A stretch of DNA of 64,000 nucleotides from Octopus sinensis. Its lineage: Eukaryota. A program made the translations under genes and the position numbers. The stretch covers positions 54,188,001 to 54,252,000 of the forward strand of contig NC_043002.1 in NCBI RefSeq assembly GCF_006345805.1, in the 5' to 3' direction. Shown one piece after another: positions 24,873-36,387 of the stretch. Under the pieces are notes generated by a model, which worked only from the letters and a program-made list of their open reading frames with translations, had not been told where the DNA came from and searched no databases. Each line of letters opens with the position of its first letter. Position 1 is the first letter of the stretch.

Positions 24873-25514
24873 CGCTTATAAATAATACCTGCACCCATAG
24901 CCCTTGGTAATAAATTCTGAAATAGCCTTTAAGATAATTACGATTAACCACTGCAAGGGGAATTACTCCTGTGAGATAAACGGGGCTTTGTTTTTGACGA
25001 CGGGGGGTTTCTTTGACAAGGCATGATTAGACGAACACACGCACACATAAAACATAAAATATTTTTCTGCCACCCAACGGTTTTTACTGCATTAGCCATT
25101 GTGTAGAGCTGTTTAACAACTGACAGCTGAGCGATCAAACGCACACACGTACACAAAAAATGTTTTCTACCCCTTGACGGAGTTCTCAGCAGTGACCAGA
25201 AAATAGCGCTTATTGCCAACCTGCGCCAGCACACATATATAGAACAGTAAACACACACATGTCTCTAAGTAGATTTTTTCTCGCCCCTTATAATACATCC
25301 AATATTCTTTAAATAGTCAGAACTTTATTCTCGGTCACAAAGAACATCTACACACCCTCACCCACAGGAATGACCGCTGCCTGACCCGTTAAAATCTTCA
25401 ACCACCGGTTCTCAACATAGACTGATAAACAGTTTTGCCATGGGCTCTTAGGAGCCTAGTTCGATTTGTTTTGCTCCGCCTCTGTTCTGTTTTTGTTTTT
25501 TTCAACGGATTTCC

Positions 25515-25607
25515 TATTTCTTCCTGAAGAGAAAGACACAATATGGTCTCATTATTCAATCGGATTTTGGTAAATTGTGCCTTTCGAAACACGTGTAGAA
25601 TGAAATA
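25515..25607 (+). ncRNA. Type I hammerhead ribozyme (PLE A pLTR), predicted cleavage after GUA 25597
   Basis: Stem I tatttcttc/gaatgaaata; CTGAAGA 25524-25530; stem II gaaag/ctttc + cacaat/attgtg; GAAA 25586-25589; palindromic stem III CACGTG. Confidence 0.85.
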
Positions 25608-25654
25608 AAACGATTTCTGTTCAATCTTCATTCAGCTCCATTTCTTCAATTCAC

Positions 25655-25661
<7 letters not shown>

Positions 25662-25737
<76 letters not shown>

Positions 25738-25760
25738 GTATATATATACATATATATACA
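25662..25760. repeat. (TA)n/(TATG)n array
   Basis: Separates PLE A and PLE B. Confidence 0.97.
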
Positions 25761-25940
25761 TTGATTTCCTGTACCCCACTTCTGCCAACCGGATTCTGAC
25801 CTTGAACTATCTCAACGGACAATCTCTTCTGCTTTCACCCAGTCTGGCGTCAACGCATATAGATAGAGAGTTTGTGTCATTTATTTCATGGGCTCCTCGT
25901 GAGCGTTTGTCAAAAAGCTTGTGCATTTTGTTGGAGAATT

Positions 25941-26051
25941 AAGTTCCTGGATTTTCCTGAAGAGAAAGCTGCAAAATGGACTCCTTATTCAATCCGAATT
26001 AGGGACTTTGCAGCCTTTGAAACATATGTAGAAAATAATATAAAGGAATTT
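25941..26051 (+). ncRNA. Type I hammerhead ribozyme (PLE B 5' pLTR), predicted cleavage after GUA 26030
   Basis: attttc/gaaaat and aagttcct/aggaattt stem I; CTGAAGA 25957-25963; gctgcaaa/tttgcagc stem II; GAAA 26019-26022; CATATG stem III. Confidence 0.85.
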
Positions 26052-26285
26052 TGTTAAATCTTCGTTCAGCTCCATTTTTTCCTACACTTAATATATAAAA
26101 CTTCCAATTTCCGCACGGTTTTTATGCCCCATGGTCATAACTTCAACCGTGCCTTTTCTGTTGTGATTTTTGCTACCCAGGTATCGGTTAGCATTTGAAT
26201 TATCCGTAATAAGATAATTCATTTATCTACTTCAATAATCATATACAGCTTCGCCAAGAAACTGCTACCTTAACCGATACCGCAA

Positions 26286-28071
26286 ATGGAGGTGTTCGAG
26301 ATTAACGCGTCCCTTAAGGACATTCCTATACCACCAAAGGAAACCTTCCTTAAGGAAATTGTCTGCAAAACAAATGCATTCATCAACCAGATCAGATGGC
26401 TCGCTTTCTTTCATGATAATGAGGATTTAAAACAGAACCGGTCCGTAACATCATCCGAATATAAGAAGCTTTTCAAGTCGATGGAGACGCCACCACCTAA
26501 CCCCAGACTGAAGAAATTTGAGGACGACTTATGGGGCATTGTAAGGAGCATTAAATTCAGGAAGTCGCCCCGTAGGAATGAACACCTTAGATACCTAGGG
26601 AAAATTACTAAGGATATCAACAGCTCAGACAGAATCCTGGTCCAATCTGACAAAACAAGGAATACTTACAAGATACCTATAAACCAGTACTTAGAATTAC
26701 TCAGGAAAGAGATCCAGAAGAACTATAGAACTACAAATAAGAATACACTGAGAAGAGTTAACTTGGAGATTAAGAAAATTATGGTAAATTATGGGCTTCA
26801 AATGAGAACACAACCCCTTAACCCAAGACAACCTAGATTCATCGTTAAGGACCACAAACCAAATTTCCACACCAATCCAGCATTAAGGCTCATATGCCCT
26901 TCTAGTTCCAACATCGGTTCCATCAGTAAGTACATTTTAGACAAATACATTCCTAGTTTAGTTAATAAGCTTAAGCTTAATCTTTGGGCGAACTCCTCGC
27001 AAGTCGTAAAGTGGTTCTCTTCTATCCCTAATAAAAACAGAACTAAGTTCATTCAGTTCGATATTGCTAATTTCTACCCCTCGATTAACCCTAGTGTACT
27101 CAATAAGGCCCTGTGGCATGCACATAATAAGGCAGGCCTCACAAGAGAAGAAATTGATATAATTCTAGTCGCCAGAAAATCCTTTATACAGTTTGAAGAT
27201 AAGTTATGGGTTCTAAGGATACTCCCAACGAGTTCGATGTTCCTATGGGAAGTTCAGATAGCGCCCAGATTGCCGATTTGGTCGGAATCTATATTCTCTA
27301 TGAATTATCCGACCAATTCCCGGACATCGGCGGCGGCCTATATCGTGACGATTGTCTGTTTTACCTACAGAACACCCCGAATAGAATGATACAGAAAACT
27401 AAAAATAGATTAGCTAGGTTCTTTAATAGGATGGGCATGAGCATAGTTTTTGATAACGAACTTACCAAGGCAAATTTCTTAGATGTCACACTAAACCTGC
27501 ATAGCAATTCTTACTGCCCCTACCATAAACCTTCCACTAACCTAAAGTATGTCAGTGTTTTCTCTAACCACGCAAAAACTATAACAGACAATTTAGTTAA
27601 AAATATTTCTCAAAGATTAACAAATTTATCTGCCAACGTCAACATTTTTAAGCAGAAAGCGGAATTCTATAATGCCGCCCTGTCAAAAGCAGGTTATAGG
27701 AAAAAGGTAACATATATAGACCCGGCCCTTCCGAAACCAGTATTCTATCGTCAGGATAAGTCAACTTATAATAATATAAATAATATAAGTAGTCATGGTA
27801 GCCTTAGGAATGTCGATACAAGTACAACTAGCATAAATATAGATAACATAAATAATTTGCAGTCCAGGGGAGGCCATCGTAGGCCAAAACCCATTATTCA
27901 ACCCAGAGATACCCACCTTAATGTTAGAGTTGACTCTCCGAGCCAGTACAAGAACAGGAAAAACTATATCTGGTTTGTAATTCCCTTTGGTAAACAAATA
28001 AGATCTAACCTACCGTTGCAGTTTCACCAAGCAATTGCCAGAAATTTTCCCAGAAATTCAAGATATTACCC
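26286..28071 (+). pseudogene. PLE B ORF, N-terminal part (RT); 1-bp frameshift near 27210
   Basis: ORFs 26286-27389 and 27206-28195: QSDKTRN, RLICP, FDI..FYPSI, GSSDSAQI, LYRDD. Confidence 0.9.
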
Positions 28072-28641
28072 TGTAAGAGTTAGCACTTCCTTCTCTAAGC
28101 TTGGATTCGAAATCAAATCCAAGAATCATCGGTCGTCAAATACCAATGCATGCAAAGGCGCGAAATCAAGATTCCTTTGTTCTGACAAAAAGTGATGGAT
28201 CGTCTCCCTTTGACCTCTGACCTGAACCAGGTCAGGCGAAGTTTAACTGAACGACCAGTGACCTACTTAAACGATAACTCTCTTGCGATATATCTATTTT
28301 TCTGGCTATTTGAGATTTTATAAATAGAACCGAAAAATCGGTATCTAGGGAGAACCGGAGCCGACGCCTAAACGAACGCTACGCATTTTTGGAGACGACG
28401 AGAGAATATGCATAAAGGTGACTGTCCTGCATGATTTACTCACACACACACACACCATCAAACATATTCTTCTTTAATATGTATTATGTATAAGCATTCT
28501 TTAATATGTATTCTGTGCAAGCATTATTTAATATGCATTCTGTACAAGCAATGTGTAGCATTGCTTACAAATTGATGTAGTGAAAATAAATCTCTAATTT
28601 ATTACAAAACAACTTATGTATTTATTAATACATCCACGACA
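28072..28641 (+). repeat. 5' LTR (570 bp)
   Basis: tgtaagagttagc...ccacgaca; near-identical to 33262-33837. Confidence 0.95.
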
Positions 28642-28643
28642 TT

Positions 28644-28654
28644 TGGTGACCCCG
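28644..28654 (+). promoter_or_regulatory. Primer-binding site TGGTGACCCCG (tRNA-Trp type)
   Basis: 2 nt after the LTR end; complementary to the ...CGGGGTCACCA 3' end of eukaryotic tRNA-Trp. Confidence 0.8.
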
Positions 28655-28760
28655 TAAAACGAATCGCGCCTTCCCCGGAACCAGCTTCATCAACCGCGTC
28701 GAAGAATTACAGTTTGCACATCACCCAGCAACCAAGCAACTGAAAATTCCGACGAAAACA

Positions 28761-29636
28761 ATGGACCTCCCGGAACAGAATCCAGCGGCCAACATCGACA
28801 TGGCATTCCAAGCGGCGATTTCTTTGAAAATTCCACCATTCTGGACCCACGACCCTACATTATGGTTTTACCATATAGAGGCACAGTTTGCCTCTCACAG
28901 AATACTGAGCGATGCGTCTCGCCTTTCTCATGTTATCGGTTCTCTGTCGCCAGAAATAACGAACGTAATACGTGACCTTATCATGGCACCACCCGGTTCT
29001 GTTTCATACGAAGTTTTTAAAACCACGTTGATAAACAGAACCTCCGAATCCCAACAAAAAAGACTTCACCAGCTTCTGATATCGGAAGAATTGGGTGACA
29101 AAACGCCGTCCCAGCTTCTTCGTAGAATGAAGCAGCTTCTCGGAGATGAGACGCGCCCAGAAAAAATATTCAAGCAACTTTTTCTCCAGCATCTGCCCTC
29201 CAATACCCAGGTTGTTCTCACGTCTACCAGAGAAAACACATCCCTTGAAGAACTGGCGGAGCTAGCTGACAAAATAGCCGAAGTACAGCACAAATATCCA
29301 ACGGTATCGACGATGACGCCAGCCGCTCCCAGTACCAATCCTTTCCGTGCACAAACCAGTTCTTCCGAGATTTCGTATTTGCGTGCATTAATGACGCAGC
29401 AAGCTGCGCAAATACAAATCCTCACAGCCCAAATACAAGCCCTAAAGCTTAGTCCCCAGCGTCGAAGCACCAGCCGATCTCGACGAGATGGCAGACGGTC
29501 CCGAAGCCCCAGTGCTACCCGCAACTCACATGACACGTGTTGGTACCACCGAACATTCGGAACACGGGCACAAAAATGTACGGTACCGTGCTCGTTTTCC
29601 TCACCCAGTTCGGGAAACGGCACAGCCAGGAATTGA
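28761..29636 (+). CDS. gag: Gypsy Gag (291 aa, intact)
   Basis: LKIPPFWTHDPTLWFYHIEAQF, LGDKTPSQLLRRM, CWYHRTFGTRAQKCTVPC motifs of Gypsy gag. Confidence 0.9.
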   Translation: MDLPEQNPAANIDMAFQAAISLKIPPFWTHDPTLWFYHIEAQFASHRILSDASRLSHVIGSLSPEITNVIRDLIMAPPGSVSYEVFKTTLINRTSESQQKRLHQLLISEELGDKTPSQLLRRMKQLLGDETRPEKIFKQLFLQHLPSNTQVVLTSTRENTSLEELAELADKIAEVQHKYPTVSTMTPAAPSTNPFRAQTSSSEISYLRALMTQQAAQIQILTAQIQALKLSPQRRSTSRSRRDGRRSRSPSATRNSHDTCWYHRTFGTRAQKCTVPCSFSSPSSGNGTARN

Positions 29637-32600
29637 ACGCGACGGAAGTTCCTGGTTCGCACCCACACAGTCGCCTGTTTTTCGTTTGTGATCGTGTAAC
29701 AGGCACGCGTTTCCTGGTTGACACAGGTGCGGAAGTCAGCATCATCCCAGTCTCCAACACTTCTGGAAAAAGAAAAGAGACATCAGTCTGTCTTCAGGCA
29801 GTCAACCATTCACCCATTCCAACCTACGGTGAACAGTCCCTAACATTGAACATAGGACTACGCCACACATTTCAGTGGGTATTCGTCGTCGCTAAACTGC
29901 CGACCCCTATCTTAGGAGCCGATTTCTTGCATCATTTCGGTCTCCTGGTAGACATAAAGAACAGACGACTTGTCGACACCACCACCAAGCTTACTGTGCG
30001 CGGTATAGCCGCTCGAATGGACACAGTCAGCCCAACTGTAATGCTTACGACAACGACTCGTCACAGTTCCATCCTGAATGAATATCCAGATGTCGCGCGA
30101 CCAGTTTTCCATAACCAGCCGATAAAACACGACGTTACCCACCACATCAAAACCAGCGGTCCACCTGTTGCTGCAAGGCCCAGAAGGTTACCACCTGATC
30201 GTCTCCAGGCCGTCAAGCGGGAATTCCAGCACATGCTCGACCTCGGAATCATCCGCGTTTCCAGCAGCAACTGGTCCTCGCCGATACACTGCGTCCCAAA
30301 AAAATCATCGACCGATTGGCGGGTTTGCGGCGATTATCGATCACTGAATAAAAGCACTATCAGTGATGCCTATCCGGTGTCTTTTCTTCAGGACTTTTCG
30401 AGCTCGCTGCATGGACCTGGTGCGAGCATACAACCAAATCCCAGTCGAACCTGCGGACATCTCAAAGACAGCAGTTACTACACCATTCGGAATGTTTGAA
30501 TTCCTGCGTATGCCTTTCGGTTTACGAAACACGGCACAGACATTCCAAAGGTTTATCGGCATGGTGACTAGAGGTTTGCCTTTCGTCTATGCATACATAG
30601 ACGACATACTCGTGGCCAGTAACTCGGACGAAGAACATAATCAACACCTTCACCTGCTATTCGAACGTCTCCGTCAATTTGGTGTGGTTATCAACCCTAC
30701 TAAATGTTTGTTCGGAGTTGCTTCCCTTTATTTTCTCGGGCACATCGTCGATGATAATGGAATTCGTCCCCTTCCCGAGAAAGTAAAGGCCATCGTGGAT
30801 TTTCCACCACCCACATCTCTCCGCAAATTAAGGGAATATCTCGGTCTAGCGAATTTCTATCGACGGTTCGTGCCCCACCTCGCTGAAATAGCGCAACCAC
30901 TCACGGATTTGCTACGTCAGCGAACCTGCAAAAGGCAGATATAGCTCTGACGGAAGATCAACTCGTTTCTTTCGCTGCCTTGAAAAAAGCGTTATCTAGC
31001 GCTACCATGCTGGTTTATCCAAAACCAGACGCCCCACGATGTTTACTCGTTGATGCAGCCGATTCTGGAATTGGAGGTGTGCTACAACAGCTTGTTGACG
31101 GTATATGGCAACCGTTGTCTTTCTTTTCTAAGCGGTTAAAACCCGCGGAAACCAAGTACAGCACATTCAGTCGGGAATTATTGGCGGCATACCTGGCCGT
31201 TAAGCATTTCCGTCACATGCTAGAAGGTACAAATTTTGCCATATACACCGAGCACAAGCCATTAGTATACGCATTTAACACCAAGCCGGATCGCCACTCG
31301 CCGAGAGAAATCCGCCACCTCGATTTCATATCGCAGTACACGACGGATATACGCCACATCAAAGGGACGACCAACGTAGCAGCCGATGCACTTTCACGTG
31401 CGCAGATCAATGCTATCCACACCACGTCTACAATTGATCTGGCACGTATAGCACTTCTAAAGCTCCGGAATTCGTCATCTCTGAAATTTCAGCATGTTCC
31501 GCTACCATCATCCACAGCCCATATTTGGTGTGATATTTCCACTGGTTACCAACGCCCTTATGTACCACAGAAATATCGTCGAGAAGTTTTCTCCGCTCTG
31601 CATTCTCTGTCACATCCTGGTATTCGCTCCACTCAAAAGCTGATATCGACCCATTTTGTGTGGACCAGTATCAACAAGGATATCAGAGAATGGACCAAGT
31701 GCTGTGTTGCGTGCCAAAAAGCGAAAATCCACCGGCACATAAAATCACCAATTGGTTCATTTTCGCAACCCGACGCACGATTTCAGCACGTTCACATTGA
31801 TATCGTTGGACCCCTACCGCCTTCGCAGAATGATTCGTATTTGCTAACTTGCGTAGATAGGTTCTCGCGATGGCCCAAAGCCTGGCCCTTATCTGATATA
31901 TCAGCAGAAACGGTCGCTAAAACGCTGATATCACAATGGGTTTCGCGTTTTGGCACACCCGCAACAATTACTACCGACAGAGGACGTAAGTTCGATTCCC
32001 ACCTTTTCACCGAGCTGACTCGTCTCCTCGGATGTAAACACACCCGCACTACAGCTTACCACCCTGCAGCAAATGGCATGGTCGAACGCTTTCACCGCCA
32101 ACTCAAGGCATCTATCAAAGCAGCTCCAGACAGTTCTCACTGGTTGGAACATCTCCCTCTCATCCTCCTTGAAATTCGATCCACGATTAAGGAAGAACTG
32201 GGATATACTCCGGCCGAACTCACCTTACCCGGGCAGATGATCAAACCTGTTTCACAAAACTTCCCTGACCCACAACAATATGTGCACCGATTACGGACAT
32301 CCATGTCGCAGTTATCCCCTTCAGGCCCCAGACAACAGAACGTCGTTTCACGTGTCCCAAAAGATATCAACACTTGGACTCATGTCTTCGTGAGGAATGA
32401 TGGGATACCCTCTCAACTTCGACCACCATATTCCGGGCCCTACAAGGTCATCAAAAGAGAACCCAAGTATTTCGTCCTCGATATTGGAGGTAAACGAAAT
32501 ACGGTCTCGATTGATCGTTTAAAAAAAGCTTTCATCGAGGAGGACTTACATTCAGTCCCCTCTTTTCCTCGAACAGACTCGGCAACTCCAGCGAACACCA

Positions 32601-32647
32601 CAGATTCTGCACAACCCCGACACACCAAATCAGGAAGAACAGTTTGA
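29612..32647 (+). pseudogene. pol: Gypsy Pol (PR-RT-RH-IN), -1 frame from gag, disrupted near 30410 and 30950
   Basis: LVDTGAE; WSSPIHCVPK, DYRSLN, DLVRAY, YIDD; [13 protein letters not shown]; H..SHPG..CVACQ, HIDIVGP, DRFSRW, TDRG, NGMVER, GPY. Confidence 0.93.
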
Positions 32648-33248
32648 TGGCCAGCAAGGTTTGTGCAAGTTTTTCGGGTAAGTTCTGAACTCCTAATGTA
32701 TCCATCTTCCTAATGAACACATAACTGCATCACCCACCCAGAGAAATCAAAGAACATTTGTGTACATAAAGAAAAAAAAAAATGAAAACAAAAAAAAAAA
32801 ACTGTCTGTATGAACTTTTACGGAACATTTCAAAATCGAACTTTTGCCGATGAACATTTCTTTCATTTTTGCATGTACATATTTTTTGTTTTCTCTTCAA
32901 AATGCTTTGCTTTCTTATAAATATATTTTTGCTAACTGTATATCCACACAATTTACAAATCTTGTTCTCATGCGTGCTATCACTCGATTTTTTTCGCCAC
33001 TGAAAGACACCTTGCCTCTATTAGACCTCTAGTAGGTTGAGTAATCAATAGACGCACATCTCTTTCAACGCGCCAACATAATTCTGCCTGGGCACATATA
33101 CATATTGCCCACCATATAGCACATACAAACTGTAAACCTTTCATGCATATTTTTATCGTTCAATGTGTAAAAATTTTTTTTTATGCATGCACACAAAAAA
33201 AAAAAAAATACTTTTCCAATATCGTTCGATCTCTGTGGCTTTCTCACT

Positions 33249-33261
33249 AGAAGTGGGGTAG
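33249..33261 (+). promoter_or_regulatory. Polypurine tract agaagtggggtag
   Basis: Immediately upstream of the 3' LTR TG. Confidence 0.8.
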
Positions 33262-33837
33262 TGTAAGAGTTAGCACTTCCTTCTCTAAGCTTGGATTCGA
33301 AATCAAATCCAAGAATCATCGGTCGTCAAATACCAATGCATGCAAAGGCGCGAAATCAAGATTCCTTTGTTCTGACAAAAAGTGATGTATCGTCTCCCTT
33401 TGACCTCTGACCTGAGCCAGGTCAGGAGAAGTTTAACTGAACGACCAGTGACCTACTTAAACGATAACTCTCTTGCAATATATCTATTTTTCTGGCTATT
33501 TGAGATTTTATAAATAGAACGGAAAAATCGGTATCTAGGGAGAACCGGAGCCGACGCCTAAACGAACGCTACGCATTTTTGGAGACGACGAGAGAATATG
33601 CATAAAGGTGACTGTCCTGCATGATTTACTCACACACACACACCATCAAACATATTCTTCTTTAATATGTATTATGTATAAGCATTCTTTAATATGTATT
33701 CTGTGCAAGCATTATTTAATATGCATTCTGTACAAGCAATGTGTAGCATTGCTTACAAATTGATGTAGTGAAAATAAATCTCTAATTTATTACAAAACAA
33801 CTTATGTATTTATTAATACATCCACACATCCACTACA
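33262..33837 (+). repeat. 3' LTR (576 bp)
   Basis: About six substitutions, one CA unit and an 8-bp terminal duplication differ from the 5' LTR (counted by eye). Confidence 0.95.
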
Positions 33838-34748
33838 ACCCCACTGTAAATTCGCACAAAGTAAGGATAGCCTTCTCCAATACTAAAAATCTTTCACAGA
33901 TAATTTCCTCCCATAACAATAAGCTGCTAAATAAGGCCCTCTCACCCATGAGCAGAGACTCTGCTCCGTCAAATTCCAACATAACGCGCAGTAATAGTAA
34001 TAATAATAATAGAACTGGCACAGATATTAGCAACCTTCATACCAACATTGGAGTTAGTAATAGTAATAAGGATAAGAGCACTGATCTCGTCATTAACGTA
34101 GGGAGTCCCAACAATAATATTAGCAGCGGTTTTAACAACAGTAGTATTACGGACATTATCAATCACAGCATTCCCAGTAACAGGGAATATGCAGGTGATA
34201 TTGCCTTAAATAGTAATGATAATGGGGTGAATAATATCGAATCCAGCGGTAGTTTTTACAATCATCATAGTAATAAGAACGCTGTATTAATATCGGAAAC
34301 CAATCCCAATAGATTAAGGTTCTTATCTAGCAACTCCAAGATTAGAAACGCCATTTACCAGTGCAGAGTTTATACTGAATCCGATGTCTTCATTTATATC
34401 GGAGCTTCATCATCGAAATTGGCCATTAGAATATCGAATCATTTTTCCACGTTCCGTGATAAGGATAAGCAACACGCTACGGGGTTAAGCAAATTAGTCT
34501 GGCGTTTGAAGAACGCGAATTCAACTTTTAGACTGGAATGGTCAATTTTATCGGTGTCTTTACCGTTTGATAAGGACAAAAAAATCTGTGCTCTTTGTAA
34601 CTCAGAACTTTTTCATATTTTGTTCGCCCGAGGGCACCTTGTTAACTTGATTGTGCAAAATTCTTTCAGATGCCCCCACTGGAAACGGCATACCTTTTTC
34701 TCATACCAATTCCTAAAAAAATTAGAAAAAAATTTGAATAAAATTTGA
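33838..34748 (+). pseudogene. PLE B ORF, C-terminal part (Asn-rich linker + GIY-YIG)
   Basis: TVNSHKVRIAFSN...NAVLISETNP...IYQC...YIGASSSKLAIRISNH...EWSIL...CALCNSE. Confidence 0.92.
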
Positions 34749-35250
34749 AAGGTGATATCCCTTCCCTGTTAGTATAAGAACTGCTGCCATCCCTGACAGC
34801 AACGCTGTATCCTGCCATGGCCATTGTGGACACCCTCTCTCTATCAAGTGGTCACATACGAACACACAGACACAGTTTTTTCAGTTTCTTGACCATTAAT
34901 ACCTGCTATATCTCTCTCTCTTTCTGCCTTCGAAACACACTGTCACACATACATAGACGCACACACACACTTACATTAAAGCAATTCCTCACACTCAAAC
35001 ACTCTAACACTCATTCTTAAAATAATTCAAATATAAACACCAGTCATACAGAATACATTCACTCTCTTTGATTTTCCTGTACCCCACTTCTGCCAACCGG
35101 ATTCTGACCTTGAACTATCTCAACGGACAATCTCTTCTGCTTTCACCCAGTCTGGCGTCAACGCATATAGATAGACAGTTTGTGTCATTTATTTCATGGG
35201 CTCCTCGTGAGGTTTGTCGAAAAGCTTGTTGTGCATTTTGTTGGAGAATT

Positions 35251-35361
35251 AAGTTCCTGGATTTTCCTGAAGAGAAAGCTGCAAAATGGACTCCTTATTC
35301 AATCCGAATTAGGGACTTTGCAGCCTTCGAAACATATGTAGAAAATAATATAAAGGAATTT
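35251..35361 (+). ncRNA. Type I hammerhead ribozyme (PLE B 3' pLTR), predicted cleavage after GUA 35340
   Basis: Same as 25941-26051 with a canonical G-C closing pair (cttcGAAA). Confidence 0.88.
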
Positions 35362-35556
35362 TGTTAAATCTTCGTTCAGCTCCATTTTTTCCTACACTTA
35401 ATATATAAAACTTCAAATTTCCGCACTAAGGCACGGTTTTTATGCCCCATGGTTATAACTTCAACCGTGCTTTTTCTGTTGAGATTTTTGCTACCCAGGT
35501 ATCGGTTAGCATTTGAATTATCCGTAATAAGATAATTCATTTATCTACTTCAATAA

Positions 35557-35569
35557 ATATATGTATGTA

Positions 35570-35614
<45 letters not shown>

Positions 35615-35672
35615 GTGTGTGTGTGGTGTGTGTGTGTATGTATGTATGTATGTATATATATTTATATATATA
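35557..35672. repeat. (TATG)n/(TG)n microsatellite
   Basis: Directly visible. Confidence 0.95.
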
Positions 35673-36035
35673 TACAGTAAACATAATCGAACACACAGAC
35701 ACAGACCTCTCACCTCACAGCTGTCAGTTTTCTGACATCTACTCATCCACAAACACAATCACGCATTAAGACAGTTATATACAGTCACACACACAGGCAC
35801 TCATTCATAAAAGAAATCATTTAAACCCACCATTCCTTTGACCTGCACTCTCTCACCTTACTATTCTTATGCCTCCCTCCTCCTACTTCGTTTGAACCCT
35901 TGAACCTTTAGAACCTTCTAGATTCTTCTACATTCAGCCACTCTGATGTCACTCCTTATAAAGAGACACTCATTATCGCCATGGGCTCCTTGAGAGCAGT
36001 CAGCTAAAAGGTTTTGTGCATTTTGATGTCGACAT

Positions 36036-36140
36036 AAGTTCCTTGATTTTCCTGATGAGAAATCTGCATAATGTACTCCTTATTCCTTCGGAATTAGGAA
36101 TATGCAGCCTTCGAAACATATGTCGAGAATAAAGGATATT
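36036..36140 (+). ncRNA. Type I hammerhead ribozyme (PLE C 5' pLTR), predicted cleavage after GUC 36124
   Basis: CTGATGA 36052-36058; ctgcata/tatgcag stem II; GAAA 36113-36116; CATATG; stem I attttc/gagaat. Confidence 0.88.
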
Positions 36141-36387
36141 TGTTAACTAGTCGTTCAACTCCATTCTTTCATATACTTATAATTTTAAAATAAACATACA
36201 AATTTCCGCACGAAGACACGTAGTCTATGCCCTAGGGACGTAGCTTCAACCGTGTTCTTTCTGATGTGAATTTGCTACCCAGGTATCGGTTATCTTTCGA
36301 ATTATCCTTAATAAGATAATTCATTCAACTACTCAAATATTCATATACAGCTTCATCCAGATCCTGCTACCTTAACAGATACCGCAA

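Larger units (their letters stand above)
22361..25661 (+). mobile_element. Penelope-like element A: inverted 5' pLTR fragment + 5'-truncated RT/GIY-YIG ORF + 3' pLTR
   Basis: 22513-22593 is the reverse complement of 25581-25661 (one mismatch); 22361-22500 is the reverse complement of a leader homologous to 26110-26240. Confidence 0.88.
28072..33837 (+). mobile_element. Ty3/Gypsy LTR retrotransposon, full length, 4-bp TSD ACCC
   Basis: LTRs TG...CA at 28072-28641 and 33262-33837; ACCC at 28068-28071 and 33838-33841; PBS, PPT, gag and pol present. Confidence 0.96.
25761..35556 (+). mobile_element. Penelope-like element B with direct pLTRs (25761-26236 and 35068-35556), interrupted by a Gypsy element
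   Basis: About 480-bp direct repeats; the ORF reconstructs across the insertion as RYYPTVNSHKVR (compare A KYYSTVNSHKVR). Confidence 0.92.
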
